From assembly GCF_009914755.1 (NCBI RefSeq), contig NC_060935.1: a stretch of DNA of 64,000 bases. The stretch is one strand, 5' to 3'. A program made the translations under genes and the position numbers. Of this stretch, positions 20,267-41,179 are shown one piece after another (within the stretch, counting starts at the first letter, position 1; each line of letters opens with the position of its first letter). Source of the stretch: the human T2T-CHM13v2.0 reference genome, Homo sapiens. The notes beneath the pieces were generated by a model that ran no database searches, had not been told where the DNA came from, and was given only the letters and a program-made list of their open reading frames with translations.

Positions 20267-20466
20267 TGAGCTGTATGTTTTTCTAAGGAGGTTTTGTTGT
20301 TGTTGTTTTGAGGCCCACATCAAATCATTTCTGGAACCCCTCATTTAGAGTAGTTCTTATTGATGCCACTGTATATGAAGCTCTTAGTTCAGAAACAGTG
20401 GATGAGCAAAAATGAACAGGACACATTCCGTGCCTTCAATGTTTTCTGCCTATTAAAGGGAAATTA

Positions 20467-21389
<923 letters not shown>

Positions 21390-21928
21390 AAGACCTGTGT
21401 CTTCAAAGAAAAAAGATATGGATCTTATGAGAGGACAGTGATGAATCTCACCGTATCATTCAACTTCAAAACTTTTTTGGCTTCTTGCTGCTTACAGCAG
21501 TGGTTTTCAAACTTGAAGAATGTACAAATTCCTTTTAAGGTAAATAATACATCTTGGACCTGCAGTGCTGACTTAAATTATTTTTATTATAATGTTATTT
21601 AAGTATATACAAACATAGAACAAAGTTTAAGTCACTGTGTAAAATTTGTATATAAGTGTAAACAAAAACAGATTTATACTTTAAGTAAAAATAAACTTCA
21701 GATCCAATAAAATGATGCTTTTTTGCTGAAAATCAGTTGCTTCCAGGCTCTTTTTAAGTTCAGCATATCTGTATTGCTGGGTACCATGTGATGACTCATT
21801 CCTCCCACCATTTTTCTTTATTTAAGCTACCATGAAACTTTGATTCATGATCTCATTTGACCTTCACTGGGCTGGAACTATTCCTTGTGTATTGTGTATT
21901 AAGTCTACTTCTATTCCTTCATAATTGA

Positions 21929-22899
<971 letters not shown>

Positions 22900-22983
22900 T
22901 GTCATCTGGATCTTGACTCAGCTTTTCCTCTGTATGAAGGCTTCCAGCAGCATCAGGGAGGTTGTATACACAACCCCCCTGCC

Positions 22984-22986
<3 letters not shown>

Positions 22987-23026
<40 letters not shown>
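22987..23026. repeat. (AC)20 microsatellite
   Basis: Perfect dinucleotide run read directly. Confidence 0.98.
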
Positions 23027-23029
<3 letters not shown>

Positions 23030-23909
23030 TAGAACGTGAATGATGGAGCCAGACTGCCTGAGACCAAATCTTGGCTTTCCCAGTTCCTAGCTGGGTAACT
23101 TTGGGAAAGTTATATAAGCTTGCTGTGCTTTAGTTTCTTCATCCTTAAAATGGGGATAAAATGGGATATCTACTTCATATGAAAATGATGAAGATTAGTG
23201 AGTTAATATATGTGAGGTACTTAGAACAATACTCTCATAGACTAAGCGCTATGTAAGAGATGGCTTCTATTACTATTATTATTATTGTTGTTGTTATTAA
23301 CATTATAGTTCAGGTTCATTTTATCCCAGACACCAGTATAGTGGAAAAGCAAGCATATCCCCTATGGGCCAAACAAAAATTTTAGAATTCAGTTTCTTCA
23401 GCCTTGATTTGGGTTATGTACTCATCCCTGAACTAAGCACTATGGGCAGAAAGATGGAAAGTATTGATTGGTTTAGCTTGGGTTACATACTCTACTTTTA
23501 AAGGCTGATTTAGCTTTACCTGAAGCATATTAGCTGAGAGCAAGGGAGGAGTGGTTCTGTTCATACAAATTCAGAATACTGTTGCCACCAAAAAGGGAAG
23601 TGGATGCTTGGTGGCAAAAGTGAACCATGTTCATTATAGTGCTATCAGATAGATCGTAATAGGTGATCCTGTTATACTACATTAGTCTCTCTGGGGATGC
23701 ACCAATTGGGACAGTTCTTGTCTGAATTAAACTAAAAGACAGTTTATATCTTTTAGTGGGTAATATTTGTCTTTTTGAATTGCAATTATGAATGTATATT
23801 TTGTGTAAAAACATCAGTTTGACCTCTGGGTTCTTTTGTATTAAAATATTTAAATTTGAGATATATTATTGTTATGAAGTACATTATGTCCTAAAATTCC
23901 AGGAAAATA

Positions 23910-24430
23910 CAGTTGAGCCTTAACAACACAGGGGTTAGGGGTGCTGACTGTCCCTTTTCCCCCATGTAGTCAGAAATCCACTTGCAACTTTTGACTCCCT
24001 CAAAATTGAACTATTAATAGCTTGTTGACCAGAAGACTTACCAATAACATAAACAGCCTATTAACACATATTTTATATGTTATATGTATTATATACTGTA
24101 TTCTTACAATAAAGTAAGAGAAGAGGAAATGTTATTAAGATAATCATAAGGAAGAGAAAATATATTTACTGTTTATTAAGTGGAAGTGGATCATCATAAA
24201 GGTTTTCATCCTCATCTTCACATTGAGTGGGCTGAGGAGGAGGAGGAAGAAGAGAGATTAGTCTTGCTGTCTCAGGGGTGGCAGAGGCAGAAAAGATAGA
24301 GAAGGTAGGAAGGGAGGTGGGAGAAGCAGGCACACTCAGTATACCTTTTATTGAAAAAAAAATCCATGTATAAAATTCATGTATAAATGGACCCAGGAAG
24401 TTAAAACCTGCATTGTTTAAAGGTGAACGG
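23910..24430. mobile_element. Tigger2a-like non-autonomous DNA transposon
   Basis: TA|cagttgagccttaacaacacaggggttagggg ... ttgtttaaaggtgaacgg; degenerate TIRs; Tigger2-type internal text. Confidence 0.8.
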
Positions 24431-24524
24431 TGTCACTGTAACTATTTTGCATCAACACACTTATAAACACAAATGCAACATGAGCACTGAAGTTGAGAGC
24501 CTGTATTCTTATATATCTAGATGA

Positions 24525-27169
<2,645 letters not shown>

Positions 27170-27188
27170 TATATTAGATTATCTTGAC

Positions 27189-27392
27189 CAGTGCTGTCTA
27201 ACAGAACTTTCTACAATGATGGAAATGTTGTATAGTTTATGCTGTCCAATATGGTAGGCACTAGCCACATCTAGCTATTGGGCACTTGAAGTGTGGCTAG
27301 TGCCATCGAGCAACTGAATTCTTAATTTATTTAATTTTAATAAATTTAAATTGCCACTGTGGCTACTGGCTACTACTGCTTGGACAGTGCAG
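27189..27392. mobile_element. MER3 (hAT-Charlie)
   Basis: cagtgctgtctaacagaactttc...ttggacagtgcag with internal gcactagccaca / tgtggcta symmetry. Confidence 0.82.
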
Positions 27393-27653
27393 CTCTGAAT
27401 AACATCAAATAAGAGAATGGCTATAAAGTGCCCAGTGTGCTCTATACTAAGCACACAGTAGATGTGAGAGGAGGAGAGGTCTATAGATTCTGTCCTGAAA
27501 AGGGTTGGGCCTCACCTAACTGGCCAGAGCAACCTGAGTTAGGCTTATCCCAGGACAATACTAGTAGCTATCTTAGCATGGTAGTCAAGACTCTTTGTGA
27601 CATGGCTTCAACCTTCTTCTGCCACTACCTGCCATATATTCTATATTCTAGAC

Positions 27654-27993
27654 CAGGGGTCCCCAACCCCTGGGCCACGGACCTGTGTCAGTCCATGGCC
27701 CGTTAGGGACTGGGCTGCACAGCAGGAGATGAGTGGTGGGTGAGGGAGTATTACTGCCTGAACTCCACCTTTTGTCAGATCAGCAGTGGCATTAGATCCT
27801 CATAGGAGTGCGAACCCTATTATGAACTGCACATGTGAGGGATCTAGGTTACGTGCTTCTTATGAGAATCTCACTGATGCCTGATGATCTAGGTGGAACA
27901 GTTTCATGCTGAAACCATCTCCCTGCCCAGGTCCATGGAAAAATCATCTTCCATGAAACCAGTCCCTCATGCCAAAAAGGTTGGGGACTGCTG
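27654..27993 (+). mobile_element. MER1B (hAT-Charlie)
   Basis: caggggtccccaacc ... ggttggggactgctg TIRs; about 340 bp. Confidence 0.88.
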
Positions 27994-28726
27994 TTTCACA
28001 CACATCAAATTTCACATCTTTTCTTTTGCACCTGTCTTCATTCTGTATTGAGTGCCCTCCTCTCCCCACACCCATGAAATATTTGAGATAAGCTTCTACT
28101 AATCCTTTATGTTGCAATACATCATCTTCTCTGAGGCTGTCCCTGAAGCCCTAGGCAGTTATTTCCTTTCTTCTCTGTGCCGTATGTATTTTTCTCATCA
28201 GAATCTGTGCTTCACTCATGCTGTTTAGCTTTTGATCTCTTCCACTGGATTGGGAACTAACTTCCTCCAGGCTTGGCACTAAGTAGTCCCCTTATGAATG
28301 CTCAGTTGAATAGCTGGACGAATGGATGGATGGATAATTGATTCTCAACCCTGGTCACAACAGTTTAAAAATATTCCAAAATCAAATTTATTGAGTTATA
28401 ATTTACATAAAAGAAGATACACCTATTTTAAATGTACAGTTTGATGCATTTTGACAGATGTTATCATTTGTGTAACCACCACCACATTCAAGATATAGAA
28501 TATATCCATCACCTTATAATGTTGCATTTGTGATTTTTTCCCAGTCAGTCCCCAGCTCCCTTCCTGGCTCCAGCTAACCATTGATCTGCTTTCTATCACT
28601 ATAGATTTGTCTTTTCTAGGATTTCATATAAATAGACTCACAGTGTATACTCCTTTCATACTTAGTATTTTATGGGACAGATAGATATTAAACACACAAA
28701 TGTGGTAAATATTAAGGTCAGCATGA

Positions 28727-28927
<201 letters not shown>

Positions 28928-30850
28928 TGAGGGTACGGGGAATGGGCTGGAGTGGGCCTGCCTTCAGATTGCTCTGGCCAGTTAAGTGAGGTTCTGCCTT
29001 TTTCAGGGCAGCGTCTATAGATCTTGCCTCTTCTCACATCTGTTGTGCACTTGCTATAAAGTATGATGGGCGCTTTGTATCCACTCTCTTCTTTAATATT
29101 CCTGTCAGTCCTGGGAATAGTACTGATAGCTGCCATTTACTGAGTGCTTAGTACATGCCAGGCATTCTACTCAACACTGTATACAGTATCTCATTTAATT
29201 CTTACATCAGTCCTGTAAGGTGGGTATTATTGTATATAGATGATGAAACTGGTTAAGTAACTTATCCAAGGTCACAAACATGACTAGTTAGGGGCAAAAC
29301 TGAGATTTGAATCTTGGTGTACATCAAACCCTGTTGGTGTTTCTTTTTTCTTTTTTTCCTGTGCCCTGAGCAGCTGCCTCTTTTATCACCCGGGAGCCTC
29401 AGGGCTCTTTTAGCCTCCCCTGGGTTATCCATATACAGCTTATTTATAATAAAAATGGTACAGAGGAGAGGCTGATTGCCATTGGCCCCAGCCTCATCTC
29501 TGGGATGGCTCCAACAGCTGTTGTTTCATAACTCTTTGCCTACTTTACACGCTGAATATGCTAGGGCTTGGGCTGGGAGTGGGAAGGGGATGGAGTACTG
29601 CTTGGACTTCTTGTCATGTCAAACTAGTGCCATATGCCATTCAGTCATTAATCCATTTACTTATTCATCCAACAAATATTTACTGGGTACCTGCTCTGTG
29701 CCAAGCACTTGTGCTGGGTGCTAGGGATAAAGATGACAACAAGCTGTCCTTGCCCTCAAAGGGCTTACTATCTGGTAAGTGCTGATTATGTATAATCTGT
29801 CATCTTATTATGTAGGTGCATCTGGTTTTGAGCTTCAGCAAAGGGGAAAGGGGAAGGTGAAGCTGTTGGAATGCCCACACTTTGCAGTCTCCAGCCACAG
29901 AGCTACTGAGCACTGCTGTCCAGGCCTAGCTGAGCTGGCTGTTCCCTCCTCTGCTGCCTGCAGCCTCTTCTTCACAGCTTCTCTCTGCTCTGGAGAGAGT
30001 AATAATCTTAATGTTTGTACCTCCCTTTATAGAGTGCTTTCCTACATATTATTTCAGTTGATTCTCACAACTCTGGGAGGAAGAGTATCCCAACCTTTGG
30101 GTGAACAAACTGAATCTCAAATATTTTATAATTTATCCAAGCTGGTAAGTGGCAGAGCTGGGATTTGAACCCAGGTCTGTCTTGTTCTAAATGCCCTGCT
30201 TTTTTTCACTGCATCTTCCTCTTGTGCCATGTGGTTAAAGATAGGCTTCCTTTCAATATTCAGTTTAGTTCTATTTTACAAAACTTCACTAAGCACCTAC
30301 CATGTGCCATACTCTCTGGTGGGCCCAGAGGACAAAGAGATGTATTAGACCTGACCCCTGACTTGAGGAACTCCATGTTTAATGGAAAAGTAGATGACTG
30401 ACCACTAAGATCCAGGATTTAGGTTTCTTTCTTGCTACCCATAGAAATAGCAATATTGCCTTGTGGATCCCTGGACCATTTTCCTCATGGGAAGGATATC
30501 TTTGGCTTGGATTAAAACTGCAAAGCATAGGATAAGAAGTCAGTTCTCAGGTCACTGGTTCACTTAGCTTTTTTGTGGCTAGAATTACAGCCAAGACCAG
30601 GTCCAGCCAGGCTGGGCACAGGTGTAGGGGATGTCAAGCTGTGGCACCTTAGTGACAGCAGGAAGCATGGGGCCTTCAGTGCTTGGGGTGAAGTGAGGGT
30701 GGTTCTAGGCCCATCACTAGCTCACATGGTATAATGAGAATAATCTAGCAGATTTGAGTTCATTCTCTGGCTTTGCCACTTACTTGTGTGTGACTTTGGG
30801 CAAGTTACTCAACTCTAAGTCTCCATTTTCTTATCTAGAAAGTCGCACTA

Positions 30851-31178
<328 letters not shown>

Positions 31179-32055
31179 TTAAGGTTGTTGTGAGGACTGA
31201 ATGAGGTATTGTATGTAAAGTATCAGAACAGTAGCAGACACACAGTAGTTGCTTAGTCAGTGTTAGCTCCTTTCTCATTTCTTTCATTGCTTACAAGTAG
31301 ATAGCATTCCAGTTCATAGGTTTCTTTGAGAAATAGACTGTAGAAAAGATGACAATGTTTATTCTCATTAGTCAGACGAACTGCAGCACAAGTGTTTCAA
31401 AGAGGAACCCCAAGAACTCCCAGGCTTGTAGGAAGCATCTGATTTTACATAAGTTTGCACAGTAGGAAACTGAGGTCCTCGGGGAGGAACAAAGCAACTT
31501 ATGATCAGACAAATGAGTCACTAGTAGAGCTGAAATGAGAAGCCAGATCTCCTAACCACTCCCACACCCCATCACAGTGCCTCACTGCGTCTCTTACTGG
31601 TGGGCTTGATTGCTTTCCAAGGCCAGAGAAGGAAGTAGCTGTTCCTGTATGCTCAGACAGGAGTATAAATCACACTGTGATGTCAGAAGCTTCTTTTCTA
31701 GCTGGAGAAATAAAGCTATGCATCAGAAAAGAGCACCAATCTTATAGAGTAGTATAGAATTAAGTGCTTACTTGTGGGACCTAGACCAGTGGTTTTCAAC
31801 CTTTCATATCTTTTACCCCCCTCCTCTTATATCCACTGTGTTCCAGCAGAAGAGAAACAAAGTTCCATTTTTCCTAGGTCATTTTCTTGTTCACAGGCTT
31901 TCTCTTATTAAAGTTATCACTGACAGTATGGGTGGAGGTCATAAAAAATTACAGTAATTTTATTGGAGGTAACTTGTATTGCAGTGACTCAAATACAAGC
32001 TAACAGGACTAATTCCATTTTTGTCATCAGTGGTTAATTAAAATTTTTTTTCCTT

Positions 32056-33253
<1,198 letters not shown>

Positions 33254-34020
33254 ATTGTAGACATGTAGAGTGCATGAACTGATTAATGAACATCTTTGTA
33301 TTATTGAATGACCAAGGAGGACTAAGTGGGTTTTCACTGAAGCAGTAGACACACTCAGGCCTAAGAAAGGGTGGTCTCTTCAGCCAGGGTCTAGTTGAGA
33401 GAATTAGGTTGTTCAGTCTCTACAGATCTATGTGGTAGGAACGGCCAGCCTGTAATCCTTTTTCTAATTCTAAGTTAACCAAGGGGGAGCAAAAAGTAGT
33501 GAGATTTCTTGGAAAACTATTTTCAACCAAACAGGCTCTTAGGGCCCACTTCCTGCCCTTTGGGAATGGCTGGCCTCGATTTAGGGTGCCAGCAGAAGAA
33601 TGCTATTGAACCAGGAAACAGTCCAGAGAAGCAGCTGGCAGGCAAGGTCAGAGGCCATATAACATTTCCCTGTCTGTGAATATGGCTTGGCTAATGTGCA
33701 AGTTGATGTCTCAATACAAGTGGATCCATACTTTTTGAAAGTATGAAACAGAGCAACCTGGGAGAAGACTAATGTTTCCACTTCCTTTGCCACCTTTTTT
33801 TTGGGGGAGTGGAGGGTTCTAGGACACATTTTACTCACCTTCATTGGTAGGTTTTGAATAACGACACAGTGAATGGTTCTACTCTTTATGTAAGGCGTAG
33901 TCTCTGTATTGAGCAATGGCCTTCCAGTCATTCACTAACCTTTACTGAGCACATTCTATGTACCAGCATAATCGGCAGGGTCCCTGCTCTCCAGTACTTC
34001 TATCTAAATGGAGATAGCTA

Positions 34021-34058
34021 TGTCAACAAATATAGTAAAGTGTCAACAAATATAGTAA
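34021..34058. repeat. 20-bp-period tandem duplication
   Basis: tgtcaacaaatatagtaa repeated at 34021 and 34041. Confidence 0.95.
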
Positions 34059-34739
34059 GTGTTATAGCTATTATGTAAGTCTTTCCAGAGTTCAACTGGG
34101 GGCACAAACTAGGGAGGAGTTTCCTATTGGAGTCCAGGGAAACTTTATGGAGAAAGTAATTCTTGAGCTGAGTCTTAAAAGATGAGAAGTGGCCTTATTA
34201 AACTCTCCCTATGTTAACAGCTTACACATCTCTTTGTATACACCAACAAGGACACTTATACCCAACTATAAAAGCTAGGCTACTTTTGCAGAGGTTCTCC
34301 TCTGTCACCACCATGCAAGGGGAAGCTTTCAGCAGCCTGAAAGTCTTCCTTAGCCTTGTAATATATATTATCAAGCTTTATCTGTATCAAAATCAGATTT
34401 ATCATGTCTGAAAGGATACAGTAGAAACTGCAGGTTAAAGCAGTCAAGGATTTTATCTGAAAAAATCAGCTAGCATGGGAACCAGAATGCTGGGGACATG
34501 GTACTGGGTCCAGGATATCAGAACCAACAAGAGGGGCCCTGGTGGAGCAGGTTGGACTGATACCAGGACAGGGGTATTCTTCTCTTAGGCTTATTGCATG
34601 TAGCCCATGTGCTGCATGTGATCTAACTTAAGGAAGGCCAGAGATCAGCAGGAAAACTATCTTCCTGAGATAGGCAGAACACAGGTACTGAAGCTAAGAA
34701 TATACTTCACACTGACTGGGATACTTATAATAATAATAG

Positions 34740-36560
34740 TTTTTAAAAATGGAAAACTTGTGTTGGCGAGGGTATAGAGAAATTGAAACCCTGTATATTG
34801 CTGGTGAGAAGGTAAAACGGTTCAGCTACTGTGTAAAATAGTCTGGTGGTTTCTCAGAAATTAGACACAGAGTTACCCTAGAACCTAGCAATTCCACACT
34901 TAGGTATATATGCAAAGAATTGAAGACAAGTACTCAAACAAGTACATGTACATGCATTTTCATAGCAGCACATGTCACAAGAGCCAAAAAATAAAACAAC
35001 CCAACTGTCTATTAATAGATGAATAGATAAATACATTGTGGTGCGATGGAATATTATTCACCTATAAATGGAATGAAGTTCTGATACATGCTACAATGTG
35101 GATGAACCTGGAAAACATTATGCTAAATGAAAGAAGCCAGACACAAAAGATCGCATATTATATGATTCTGTTAATATGAAATGATTAGAATAGATAAATC
35201 CACAGAGACAGAATGTAGACTGATGGTTGGCAGGGGTTGGTGGGAGGAGGGAATGGGGAGAAACCGCTTACTGGTAAAAAATTTTACTGCAGAGTGATGG
35301 AAATATTTTGGAACTAGATAGAGGTAGTGGTTGCATAACATCATGAATGTGCTATATGCCACTGAATTGCTTACTTTAAAATGGTTACTTTTATATTATG
35401 TGAATTTTACCTCAAATTATTTTTTAAAAAGCATATACAACAAAAGAAAGAATAGATAAATTGGACTTCACCAAAATAAAAAAGTTTTATACTTCAAAGA
35501 ATGTACCAAGAAAGTGAAAAGACAACCCACAAAGTGGAGAAAGTATTGGCAAACATTTTTCTGACAAGGCTCTACTATCCAGAATACATAAAAAATTCTT
35601 GCTAGGTACGGTGGCTCATGCCAGTAATCCCAGCACTTTGGGAGGCTGAGGTGGGCAGATCACCTGAGGACAGGAGTTTGAGAACAGCCTGGCCAACATG
35701 GCAAAACCCTGTCTCTACTAAAAAAATACAAAAATTAGCCGGGTGTGGTGGCACATGACTGTAATCCTAGCTACTCAGGAGGTTGAGGCATAAGAATTGC
35801 TGAAACCTGGGAGGCAGAGGTTGCAGTGAGCCAAGATCGTGCCACTGCACTCCAGCCTGGGTGACAGGGTGAGACCCTCTCTCAAAACAAACAAACAAAC
35901 AAAAAATGGACAAAGGATTTGAACATATTATTTGTATAGTCCACAGTTCAATGGCCAATATACACCTGAAACAATGCTCAACATCATTATCAGGGCAATG
36001 CAAATCAAAACTACAATGAGGTAACACTTTTTACCCACTAGGATATAATAAAAAAGACAGTAACAAGTGTTGGTGAGGATGTGTTGAAATTAGAATAATA
36101 GCCAAAAAGTGGAAACAACTCAAGTGTCTGTCAGTTGATGAATGGAAAAAAAATGGTATATACATACAATAGAATATTAATCAGTCACTAAAAGGAATGA
36201 AGTACTGATATATGCTACAATGTGGATGAACCTTGAAAACATGCCAAGTAAAAGAAGCCAGTCACAACAGGCCACATATTATATAATTTTGTGAGTTCAC
36301 TTATATAAAATGCCCAGAACACACAAATCCATAGAGACAGAAAATAGATTAGTGGTTTCTGGGGCTGGGGGTGGGGGCAGTGGGAAATAGGAAGTGACTG
36401 CTAATAGATATGGCATTTCTTTTTGGGGTAATGATAATATTCTAACATTAATTTTGCCAGTGGTTGCACAACCTTGTGAATATAGTACAATCATTGAATT
36501 GCCCATTTTAAGAGAGAGACTTAGAATTTTAGGGTCTGTGAATTATATCTTAATAATAAA
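34740..36560 (+). mobile_element. Two L1MB-type 3' fragments with an AluS at about 35601-35905
   Basis: atgctacaatgtggatgaacct(g/t)gaaaacat and aaatcca(c/t)agagacagaa occur twice. Confidence 0.85.
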
Positions 36561-36566
36561 TATATA

Positions 36567-36929
36567 CATGCATACCTTGTTTTATTGTGCTTTGCCTTAT
36601 TGCACTTGGCAGATAATTGCATTTTTTACAAGTTGGAGGTTTGTGGCAATCCTGTGTTGATGAAGCTGTTGGTACCATATTTCCAAAAGCATGTGCTCAC
36701 TTTTGAGTCTCTGTGTCGGAATTTTTAAGCAATAAGTTATTTTTAAATTAAGGCACGCACACTGTATTTTTAGACATAATGCTATTATACACTTAATAGA
36801 CTACAGTATAGTGTAAACATAACTTTTATCACTGGGAAACTAAAAAATTTTTGTGACTCACTTTATTGCTATATTAGCTTTATTGCAGTGGCCTCAAACT
36901 GAACTTGCAGTGTATCCGAGGTATGCCTG
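36567..36929 (+). mobile_element. Internally deleted Tigger1 derivative (both ends present)
   Basis: TA|catgcataccttgttttattg ... ccgaggtatgcctg; Tigger1 left and right ends joined near 36717. Confidence 0.83.
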
Positions 36930-39827
36930 AACAGCTTTTTTTGTAGCTCCTGGATTTTTATTCAGACAACTTGTTTGAAGTTTGGGGAAGAACCCTGTAT
37001 TGGCAGGTGACCTTGGTCCCTTTTCAAAATTGCCACTCACTGTGTGACCTTGGGTAGTCACTTTTCTCAGGTGTGTTTTATGATTTGTATCAGGAGATTC
37101 CTCCCTACAGTTCCTTTCAGCTGTGACATTTTATGATTTTTGGGAGGAACTTCTTCCTCAATAAGGGTTCTGTGTAAAAGACAGGAGGTCTGTTCCTTCC
37201 TGGTGTCTGCATCCTGTATTTTTAGGACTTCTGTGCTTGGTCCTTGCCTTATTAAGTGAGCTTTGGCAATTCAGTTCTGCCTAGATTTGGGTTTCCTTAT
37301 CTGTAAAATGGGTTTGTTCATTAAAGGTTCTTACTGGTTCTCTCATTCAAGGATTCTGATAGAGCTGGGTATACTCTTGGAAGCTAAGGTTTTAGAAATC
37401 AGCAGCTGTCCTGATGGCAAATATTGTTTTTATATTTTTCTACTGATGCTTGTCAAAGGAAATATTTGAAAATCGCCGGCTGGAATCTGAGGAAAATACT
37501 AAGGAGCTCTTTGCCAGGAGACTTCTGAAAGGGGTAGGGACATGCCTGCTGGGTGTTTACAAAAAGTCCCTTGATCTGTGCCCCTCTAGACTTTATTTCC
37601 CCTCTGAGCATGGACTAAAAATCCCTATTTCAGTTCTATTCTTTAATACCCATTTAGGAGGCCTGTACTGGCTCTGACCTGTATTCTGAACTTAGGATGA
37701 GTTCTTAAGGCTGAGTGAGCAGACACTTAGACCTCATCATCAGTCATTTAGCACACAAACACCCCAGAGAACCTAGACTTGTTACAGCTGTGAGCTATGG
37801 CCACCTTACTGAGCTATAATAAAAATTCTGTTATTGGTCTGAGGCTTGACATATCTTCAATTAAAGGTTTGTCATGCAGTAGCCAAGAGGGTCTGCTGAG
37901 GGAACAGGTGCCATCTGTCCACAGCAGCCTCAGAACTTGGGAAGAGGGAAGAGGGAAGAGGGATCAGACTGGCTCAGCAGAGGGCCACCTCAAGGTCCAT
38001 TTTCTGACAGTAGATGGCATGCTTAATCCTCCCCATGTGACCACAGAGTAGCACACTGCCCTTTAGGATCTTTTTCACTCTACAGAGTTGGCTCTGGGTT
38101 TACAGGCCCATCTAGGGCTCGCCAAACAGTACCAGTTTGCAGATGTTAGGTGTGTTTGGAGATGTTAGGAGATGTTATCCATCTTCTACTTCCATTAGAG
38201 GAAACAAGATATAATAAAGAGTTCCAGCTTTGAAATCAAGCTGACCAGCTCTATCACTCAGTAGCTTTGTGACCTTGGACACATTTCTAAGGTTCTCTGT
38301 GCCCCAATTTGCTCTAAATAAATGGTAGCTACTATTTTTAATTTTTAATGTGTGCCTACAGTGTGCTTAGTCCTGGGCTAGGGGCTAGCATGCCCTTTGT
38401 GCTTTCAGCAGGAATATTGAGAAAAGTGCAGGGAGGCCTACAGAATAATTGTTGCGGGTCAGGGGCAGTTGGAGATAGGAAAAGAAAAGACTATGCCTCA
38501 TCTTCCTTCTTCATTGGCTCAGAAAATAGGGGAAAGTCCCCAGTGAGCAGGAGTGGTTGCTTTTCTGGCAAAGCTCACTCTGATCTCTGTACCTGCATCC
38601 TTACCCTCTCTCTCTTTTCTGTTATGGTCCAATTTGCCCTTCAAGCTTTCTCCAGGATGTTTTTCCATCCTTTTACAGGCATGCTCAACTCTTTCCTCTT
38701 ATTCTCCTGTAGGAACCCACAGCCCTTTGTACTTTTTTTTTTTTTTTGATAACAATATGTCTCTCTGCCTTTTATCCTTTAAACTGGGAACTCCTTGATG
38801 AAAGAATTTTGTTCATCTGTCATCAGCACCCAGCTTAAGATCTAGCCAGAATTAAGTGCTGGGAGATGTGTGCTAGAAGTTATATGGAAGGAGGCTGGGC
38901 CTCTCCAGACTACAGAAGTGAGGGGATTTGGGAGAAGAATCTGGCCCAGCTTGGTTTTGGGGAGAAATGCTATCTATGGAGTACCTGAATAGCTGAGGCA
39001 TTTAAAGCATTTGTTGGGCTATAACTAGAAGGGAGGGGGGCCCATGAGTAGCTCTTACACGTTAAACAGACATCCCAGCACAGAAGGCTGTGTAAATGAC
39101 AAAAGAAATTCCTACTACATATTTTGGCAGTGAGGGATGAATATCTATATCTGCCAGGGTATTGTGTGAAGTGGACAGGGTGGAGAGAATAGATTGGGAG
39201 AAGGGATTCCAGAAGGTGATAATGATTGGATGCTCACTTTCTCAGTGCTAACTTGTACCCTGAAAATTCTTATTATTACCCCTGACTTTGTTAACATCTC
39301 AGTATCTCATTTTTTTACAACCACTTCCCTTGTCTCAGGCCTGATGGTGTTAATAGTTGACCTCATTTTGCTAAAATCTAATTGCAGCACACAGACTGGG
39401 AATTCTGCCATCCTCTGGTTCCCCCAGTCCCAGCCAGCTTCCCTGGGTTAGCTCTGTTCACCTAGCCAGCCACATCTGTTCTCCTGAAACCTCCATGGTT
39501 ACTCTGCCCTGGCTATGGTTACTGAGTGCAAGGTAGATTCTGAGAGCTGAGTTTGTGTAGGGGTTGTGCGATGCAGCTGGCCATGCTCTTTTTGTCTCCA
39601 GGAGCTGGCATTTGCCCTCTATATGTACTTTGTATTGTAGCTCCCTTTCCACCTAAAACCTCCCTGCATTCTCCCCTTTTCTCCCTTTTCTGCCTTTGCT
39701 AAATACCTGTTCTGGTCAGACCCTGTGCTAAGAGTATGGGGCTACAGAGATATAAATAAACCTTGTGCCCTGGCCCTGAGGAACTCACAGACTACCAGAT
39801 GGTGACTGACATGGAAGTTGAAAAATA

Positions 39828-39958
39828 GGCTGGGCGCAGTGACTCTCTCCTGTAATTCCACTTTGGGAGGCTGAGGTAGGAGGATCTCTTGAGGCTAGGA
39901 ACTCAAGACTAGCCTGGGCAACATAGCAAGACCTCCATCTCTAAAAAAGAAAAAAAAA
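39828..39958 (+). mobile_element. FLAM / free Alu monomer
   Basis: Single arm with A tail; TSD aagttgaaaaa. Confidence 0.88.
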
Positions 39959-41179
39959 GTTGAAAAACACACAAGACAGTCCCTGAGAAATAAAGAGATA
40001 ACCTATGTTTACCTGTCCAAAGAATGGGTTGATCGTAGCTCACAGGAGATGGAATGGAAGGCTTTGTGGGCAATGGTAGGGAGAAGACAGTAGGAATTGA
40101 AGAATGGGAATGGGATTATAATGGGAAGAAGCAGATTATTAGTAAGGCATAGATTAGACTCTTGATTTGCCTATTCTCTCCTCTTTTTCTACACAATGAT
40201 TCATAGACTCACTTAGTGGTGTGGGGTACAGCCTAGGGCTCTGCGGGAGGGACCCGACAATTCTTACATCTACTGCTTCAGCTACTTCTTCTTTCTCAAA
40301 CTCCACATCTATATTCTTAATTATCTCCTGGCATGTCCATCTGAGTATCTCCAAGACACCTCAAAGTGCTGTCATTTACACCTACACATTCGATCTCGTT
40401 AGTAACCACACATTCTATCTCTGTAGTAACTCTAATGCATTTTACAGCTGAGGAAGCTGAGGTCTAGATAGGGGAAGTGAATTATATAACAAATTGGGGC
40501 AGAGGCAAACATAGAACCAGGCTTCCCAACACATAGTGTGGGATGCCTCCCTTGGTAGCACAAGAATTTCTCTACACGGACCCTTGTGTTTAATCTTAAG
40601 GCCTGGTTATTTGGCCTTGGGGTATTCACTGCCCTGATGGCAATGCCACTATCAGCTTCCAGGATATTGTGTGGGGGAAAACTCAGGCCTTGGAACTCTT
40701 AGAGTCAAGAGTTCCAAGAGTCTAGCTTGAGCTAGATCAGGGCCATATTAGACATCTCCATTGTAAGAGATGTTTGCCTGTAACAAAACAGAAACAATAT
40801 TTGCTGCGTGAATATGAAAGCTGTAGTGAGAAAGTGTGGTGTAGCAGAAAGACAATGTAGTTGGGCAAATCTGGATTTAAACCCAGCTCTAGCAAGTTAG
40901 TGTCCCTTACAGAGCCTCAGTTTCTTGGTCTACAGAATGGGAATACCAATAACCTATCTTATGTAGTAGTTGTGAGGATAAGAGACGATGAATATAAATG
41001 CCTGATATGTTTTATATTTTCTCTATTTCCCTTCCTTTCTTATACGGATTAAGGGAAGGGAGATATTATCATACTTGAAGCTTATCAGTAAAGAATCAAT
41101 CCTTCCAAGATTTATTGAGTGACTTCTGTATGCTGGTTGATGTTATGCTGTGCACTGGCATATATAGGCAAGTGATGAT

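Noticed and set aside
27564-27585. Apparent extension of the inverted repeat into exon 4 (cttagcatggta versus cttggcatggca)
   Set aside because: This text also matches the L2 remnant that starts here and is out of register with the main alignment; probably coincidence.
37459-37533. Possible 75-nt cryptic exon in intron 5 that would create TGA at the exon 5 junction
   Set aside because: AAG acceptor and GGG|gtaggg donor are weak; no other support.
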